Assembly (NCBI RefSeq): GCF_009914755.1
Contig: NC_060935.1
Origin: the human T2T-CHM13v2.0 reference genome, Homo sapiens
Strand: one strand, 5' to 3'
DNA length: 64,000 nucleotides
The notes under the pieces were generated by a model. That model ran no database searches. It was given only the letters and a program-made list of their open reading frames with translations, and was not told the DNA's origin. Position numbers and translations under genes: made by a program. Positions 60,298 through 64,000 of this stretch are shown in pieces (the stretch's first letter is position 1; each line of letters begins with the position of its first letter).

Positions 60298-61305
60298 ATG
60301 GCACAGGTGAGGGCGCTGCATAAAATCATGGCCCTTTTTTCTGCTAACAGCATAGGTGCTATGAACAACTCTGACACTCGCATAGCAGGCTGCTTCCTCA
60401 CTGGCATCCCTGGGCTGGAGCAACTACATATCTGGCTGTCCATCCCCTTCTGCATCATGTACATCGCTGCCCTGGAAGGCAATGGCATCCTAATTTGTGT
60501 CATCCTCTCCCAGGCAATCCTGCATGAGCCCATGTACATATTCTTATCTATGCTGGCCAGTGCTGATGTCTTGCTCTCTACCACCACCATGCCTAAGGCC
60601 CTGGCCAATTTGTGGCTAGGTTATAGCCACATTTCCTTTGATGGCTGCCTCACTCAGATGTTCTTCATTCACTTCCTCTTCATTCACTCTGCTGTCCTGC
60701 TGGCCATGGCCTTTGACCGCTATGTGGCCATCTGCTCCCCCCTGCGATATGTCACAATCCTCACAAGCAAGGTCATTGGGAAGATCGTCACTGCCACCCT
60801 GAGCCGCAGCTTCATCATTATGTTTCCATCCATCTTTCTCCTTGAGCACCTGCACTATTGCCAGATCAACATCATTGCACACACATTTTGTGAGCACATG
60901 GGCATTGCCCATCTGTCCTGTTCTGATATCTCCATCAATGTCTGGTATGGGTTGGCAGCTGCTCTTCTCTCCACAGGCCTGGACATCATGCTTATTACTG
61001 TTTCCTACATCCACATCCTCCAAGCAGTCTTCCGCCTCCTTTCTCAAGATGCCCGCTCCAAGGCCCTGAGTACCTGTGGATCCCATATCTGTGTCATCCT
61101 ACTCTTCTATGTCCCTGCCCTTTTTTCTGTCTTTGCCTACAGGTTTGGTGGGAGAAGCATCCCATGCTATGTCCATATTCTCCTGGCCAGCCTCTACGTT
61201 GTCATTCCTCCTATGCTCAATCCCGTTATTTATGGAGTGAGGACTAAGCCAATACTGGAAGGGGCTAAGCAGATGTTTTCAAATCTTGCCAAAGGATCTA
61301 AATAA
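60298..61305 (+). CDS. OR52B6: Olfactory receptor 52B6, intact, 335 aa from the first ATG
   Basis: MAQVRALHKIMALFSANSIGAMNNSD... with LHEPMY, MAFDRYVAIC, KALSTCGSH and PPMLNPVIY. Confidence 0.97.
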   Translation: MAQVRALHKIMALFSANSIGAMNNSDTRIAGCFLTGIPGLEQLHIWLSIPFCIMYIAALEGNGILICVILSQAILHEPMYIFLSMLASADVLLSTTTMPKALANLWLGYSHISFDGCLTQMFFIHFLFIHSAVLLAMAFDRYVAICSPLRYVTILTSKVIGKIVTATLSRSFIIMFPSIFLLEHLHYCQINIIAHTFCEHMGIAHLSCSDISINVWYGLAAALLSTGLDIMLITVSYIHILQAVFRLLSQDARSKALSTCGSHICVILLFYVPALFSVFAYRFGGRSIPCYVHILLASLYVVIPPMLNPVIYGVRTKPILEGAKQMFSNLAKGSK

Positions 61306-62965
61306 ATGCTTTCAACTTAGTCTCAAACCTTTTCTATACCTATCAATTGTCCCATATTTAGCCCATTCTCACCTCTACATCTTCCAATTATCCCTGTGTT
61401 ATTCTCATCGATCTCCCAATTTTTTTAAATATGTCACCTATTCAAACCCACCTCTGATTTCTTTTATTGGAAATCTTTAGTAAAATCTGTCTCATTCTCT
61501 TACTCTTACTATTGAAATGCAATCTGATTTCCCATCACCTCAAGAAAAACTAGCTAGTTAGGGGAAATGTAAGAACCAAGTTTACATTCTAAGTGAAACC
61601 TTTTTCTAACTGCTTACATTGGCTTCCTAATGTGTTCTTAATCACTTGTATATAATTTTGACATTTGCCAGTTCAACATCTTTCTCATGACGGGAACCCC
61701 TGAGAACTGTCATATCTAAGAATTTATAGTCTCATGGAATGATATTTTTCTTACCAGTTGCACAAATTCACAATCACATACATGTATATACCCATGTTCA
61801 GAGATACTAATGCAGCAGCAGCATAAATAGGTGGACATATCCATTTATCAACTTCTATCAGATAACTCTGAACTAACCATTACCTGTTCTGGACAAAGTT
61901 TTCCCTGACATGTAGACAATTGTATAGGACTCTTTTCCATCCAAATATGCTTTGTATTTAAAAGTTATATTCATCATTAAAATTAGAAATAAAAATACCT
62001 ACTCATATCTGATACCTATGGATGGATATATTATTTAATAAATAGTTAAAGAAATATAAACATCTATATGTTATTTAATAACTTGCTCAATTATAACTAC
62101 TAACATCAGGAATTAGCCTAGGCTGATGTTCTCTAAGATTGAGAAGAGCAACTCAACCTGAATTTTAGCCCAAGACCAAACTATTCTTGAAAACAGTTCA
62201 CATCTCAATCCTGCCCACTCCTATACTCAGCCCACAGTGAAAGAGCCATCATTTGAGATTCTGCCCCACTTTTCATCTAAATCACTATTTTGTTGGATCA
62301 TTAGTATATTGCTTCTCGTTTTATTAGAAATCTCATCTTTGTGTCTTAACTCCCTGTCTAGAGTGTACACTTCTTGAGAAAGAAAAGATTATTTTGAAGG
62401 CTTTTTATCATATTGCCCCAAAGCATGAGAACCCTCTCATAGCGAATATGTAATATGAGTATATGTGTATAAAATTCTTCTTTAAAAAAATTTAACATCA
62501 CTTTTCTGCTCTAGACTCATTCTTCTTTGCAGGAGTTCTTCCTCCTGGGAGACACTGGGACTTAATGTCACGTAGAGGAGAAAATTGTGCTAGGTGCCAG
62601 GAGACATGGATTTAAAAGTTAGATGTAGTACTTGGTCAATAAGCTTGAGAGTCTGCATAATATCCATGAACTTAATTTTCTGCTCATCTTTGAAGAAGAT
62701 GACAATAATATAACATTAAGTATCTATTGCAAATAAGCATTCAATGAATGTTCAGTTCATTTCCACCTTTTTCTTTCCACGTAGCTCTCTGTATCCTCAA
62801 GACAATGATAATAAAAATTAGAGAGAGGAGTCATTAGCATCCTTATTATGTGGAAAAGAAAACTGTAAGATGTGGTGATCAAGTTTTGAGTTCTAGATCT
62901 TTTTGAAATTGACTCTGTTGGAAATGACTGTTCCATTTACTCACTGTGTGAGTCTGGGCAAGTGA

Positions 62966-63292
<327 letters not shown>

Positions 63293-63671
63293 AACTTTCT
63301 CATCTTTAAAAGGGAAATAATAATAGTAACTTTCTCTGAATGATTTAATGAGAAATAAATATATATCCATCTTATAACAGCACTTTGCATATAAATAAGT
63401 GCTCTATAAAGGATAGCTTTATTTGTATTATTGTTTCAATTATTATTAATGAATGGCTCATCCGACATCATAATGGTTGTTCTGAGACCTAACCAGATTG
63501 TGTATCATACTCAAACTTTGTTTCTACCAGGAGGACTAGGAAAAAGAAAACAAGAATAAAACAAAAATATTTTAATCTAATATTTACAGTAACTAAATTC
63601 AATCAAATATAATTCTAACATGTCAAAATTAAATGTATTCTTTAAAGAATTGTAGAGATTTCTTTAAATCT

Positions 63672-64000
63672 ATTTTTTTAAATTATTTATTTATTTATTT
63701 TTTATTATCATACTTTAAGTTCTAGGGTACATGTGCACAACATGCAGGTTTGTTACATATATATACATGAGCCATGTTGGTGTGCTGCACCCATTAACTC
63801 GTCATTTACATTAGTTGTATCTCCTAATGCTATCCCTCCCCACTCCCCCCATCACACTACAGGCCTCGGTGTGTGATGTTCCCCTTCCTGTATACAAGCG
63901 TTCTCATCGTTCAATTCCCACCTATGAGTGAGAACATGCGATGTTTGGTTTTTTGTCCCTGCAATAGTTTGCTGAGAATGATGGTTTCCAGCTTCATCCA
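63672..64000 (-). mobile_element. L1PA 3' end, continuing off the right edge
   Basis: ttatcatactttaagttctagggtacatgtgcacaac...gagaatgatggtttccagcttcatcca. Confidence 0.95.

Noticed and set aside
60174-61086. 144-aa and 156-aa minus-strand ORFs, and similar ORFs over other OR loci
   Set aside because: They are shadow frames of OR coding sequence.

Overview
Primate, almost certainly human, genomic DNA. It is dense in Alu and L1 repeats and matches the 11p15.4 class I olfactory receptor cluster. Positions 1-4.3 kb (minus strand) hold six recoverable exons of a disabled, spliced, OLFM4-like olfactomedin gene (OLFM5P), which continues off the left edge. Six family-52 olfactory receptor loci follow: intact OR52H1 (-) and OR52B6 (+), and pseudogenes that by order and sequence are OR52V1P, OR52H2P, OR52B5P and OR52T1P. 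A processed HNRNPA1 pseudogene sits inside a four-level nested retrotransposition stack at about 48.3-53.9 kb. The rest is Alus, L1 fragments, a solo ERV1 LTR, DNA transposon fossils and microsatellites. I found no clearly novel biological system. The most notable items are the olfactomedin gene reconstruction with its lesions and an unidentified TSD-flanked orphan retro-insert. Gene and repeat names come from memory, not from database searches.
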